Assembly: GCA_002269645.1 (NCBI GenBank)
Contig: NIVC01000440.1
Location: forward strand, 474,447 to 538,446
Origin: Macrostomum lignano
Taxonomy: Eukaryota
Direction: 5' to 3'
DNA: 64,000 bases
The position numbers and the translations under genes are program-made. This document shows positions 62,331 through 64,000 of the stretch, piece after piece (position 1 is the first letter of the stretch; each line of letters starts with the position of its first letter). The notes beneath the pieces were generated by a model. That model had not been told where the DNA came from. It worked only from the letters and a program-made list of their open reading frames with translations, and ran no database searches.

Positions 62331-63795
62331 ATGGCGTCATCCGCCTCTTTAACCCCCGCTGAAGCCGGGGCCCCGGCAACTCCAGCCGGTGACTCTGGCA
62401 CCAGCGCCGCCCCACCGGGGGCAGATGGGCTTGCTGCCGGCTTGGCTGGTGACATGCCTGCACGCGCAACCGGGCCCTCCGCTGAAGCCCGACGCACCCG
62501 CAACCAACGCCGCAACGAGTGGCGACGGCGACTACGGGGTACTGCGGGCCGGCCACCGGCGGAGGGGGAACCTAGGGAGGGCGAGGCTGCTGTTGGGCCG
62601 AAAGGAACCACAGCAACCCCTGCCCCCCAGGATACAACCCCCGCTGGTGAGCCACCCAGTATACCTGCTACAAGCGCGGCCGGGCCTTCGGGAACCGCCG
62701 CCACCAACTACGCCTCAAAGGTCAAGCTCCAACCGGCGGTCATCGTCTTCGGGGAAGAGCAGGACCTCACGGCCGACGAGCTCGACAGTGCCTGGCGCAC
62801 CATCGATGCTGCGCTCATCGACCAGCTCCTGGCGGGCCACCCTGTGAGCGTGGTCAAGTCTGCCAAGACCAACAGCTGCATCTTCATCTGGTGCAGCTCG
62901 GAGGAGAGCAGCCGCAATCTACGCGAGCTTCTGCCAAAGCTGAACTGGCCCAAGAAGCTCGGCAAGCTCGTCTTTGCCAGCGAGGGCGAACGACAGAAGA
63001 CCCAGCGCTTTCGCGTCTGGATCCCGGCCAGCAGTGCCATTAAGTCCGGAGATCAGCTTAGGCAAATATTGCTAAAGCTGCACCCCGACCTTAAGGTCAA
63101 CGGGCTCCTACACCACGCCACTTCCCGCAAGGAGAAGGGGCTACGGTGATCCTAGGGCTCTCTGATGACTGGGCTAAGCGCTTGCCGCCTAAGTCCACAA
63201 TTCATATTGGTCTGACTCAGCTGACCATCCTCCGTTGCGAGGAGCGGAAAGCTGATGAAGCCAAGAATGCCAAAGCTTCCGAAACCGGAACTGGGGCCCA
63301 GGCTCCTCCGGCAAAGAAGCTGAGGCAAACGGCCGATCCTATGCCGGTAAGGCAGTTCGCGCTGCTGAAACCGGAAATCGCAATCGCAGACCCGCCAGGA
63401 GCACCCGGAGGTCCAGCCTGATCCAGCGCGCGCTGGACCAGGCCAAGAACCTTCGTGCGCATTGTGAGCGGGCCCGCGCTTCTCGCGCTCCACCCCAACA
63501 GCCAGAAGGCCAGACTCTAAACGGGGAGGCTCCGACCGACTGGTTCGAGTCTGTGACTCACCAGGAGGCTGGCGCCACCCGCATCGACCTGACCGACGAG
63601 GCAGAGGGGACGGGCAGTGACAGCACCGAAGCACGCAGGAGAGGCGACGGTAACGTCCACGCTGGGCTCACGTCCGCGGAGGACTCCACAGCCACCCTAA
63701 CTGCTGAGGACGCTGAAACTCCCATGGAGGTCTGCGGGTCACCCACCACTGAAAAGGAGGAGGATGACCTGCTCAACGATTCCCCAACTGCGTGA
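62331..63795 (+). CDS. Non-LTR retrotransposon ORF1, broken by two frameshifts
   Basis: Segments 62331-63149, 63146-63421 and ~63410-63795 join with single-base shifts. The N-terminus is Ala/Pro-rich and the segment lies immediately upstream of an APE-type ORF2. Confidence 0.65.
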
Positions 63796-63797
63796 TA

Positions 63798-64000
63798 ATG
63801 ATCAGCAACCAGGGAATCCATTGCCTGCAGATTAATCTGCAGCACTGCGTCGCAGCCTCGGTCAACCTTATGCGTTACGCCGAGCTCGACAAGCCGGGGC
63901 TCATCCTCGTCCAGGAACCCTGGACTCTCAGAGGTAAGCCTCAAAACGCCCCTGCTGGCTACAATTGTTTTTATACTTACCCTCGCGAGCCAACTAGCCT
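63798..64000 (+). mobile_element. LINE ORF2 start (AP endonuclease, R1/LOA-like), truncated by the window end
   Basis: MISNQGIHCLQINLQHCVAASVNL...LILVQEPW contains the QINLQH and QEPW motifs of R1-group APE domains. Confidence 0.85.

Noticed and set aside
62309-63944. Minus-strand ORFs over the LINE, and antisense ORFs over the GC-rich exons of host genes
   Set aside because: They are shadow ORFs of GC-rich coding sequence on the opposite strand.

Overview
Eukaryotic (animal) genomic DNA with GC-rich exons and AT-rich or minisatellite-filled introns. The style resembles Macrostomum-type flatworms, which is an inference only. Five host genes were reconstructed by hand with GT-AG junctions. 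(1) Casein kinase I alpha (minus, 6 exons). Its 7.6-kb first intron holds a mariner, a Chapaev3-like element with a nested MITE, and an 8-bp-TSD MITE. (2) A DEG/ENaC channel (plus, 11 exons, 965 aa once an insertion is removed). It carries kringle-like, WSC and kringle modules in its finger region. Its exon 6 is interrupted by a 6.7-kb non-coding foldback element with ~1.7-kb near-perfect inverted arms, whose ends contain a GT and an AG that could splice it out in frame. (3) A UBASH3/Sts-like SH3 + histidine phosphatase gene. (4) NOP16, with a 1-nt frameshift in exon 2. (5) An HR96/NR1J-like nuclear receptor. Also present: about 25 tandem arrays, a decayed 28S rRNA fragment inside a hAT-like MITE, a piggyBac remnant and the 5' part of an R1/LOA-type LINE at the right edge. 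No CRISPR, tRNA or intact rRNA gene was seen. All domain calls come from motif recognition by eye, not from database searches.
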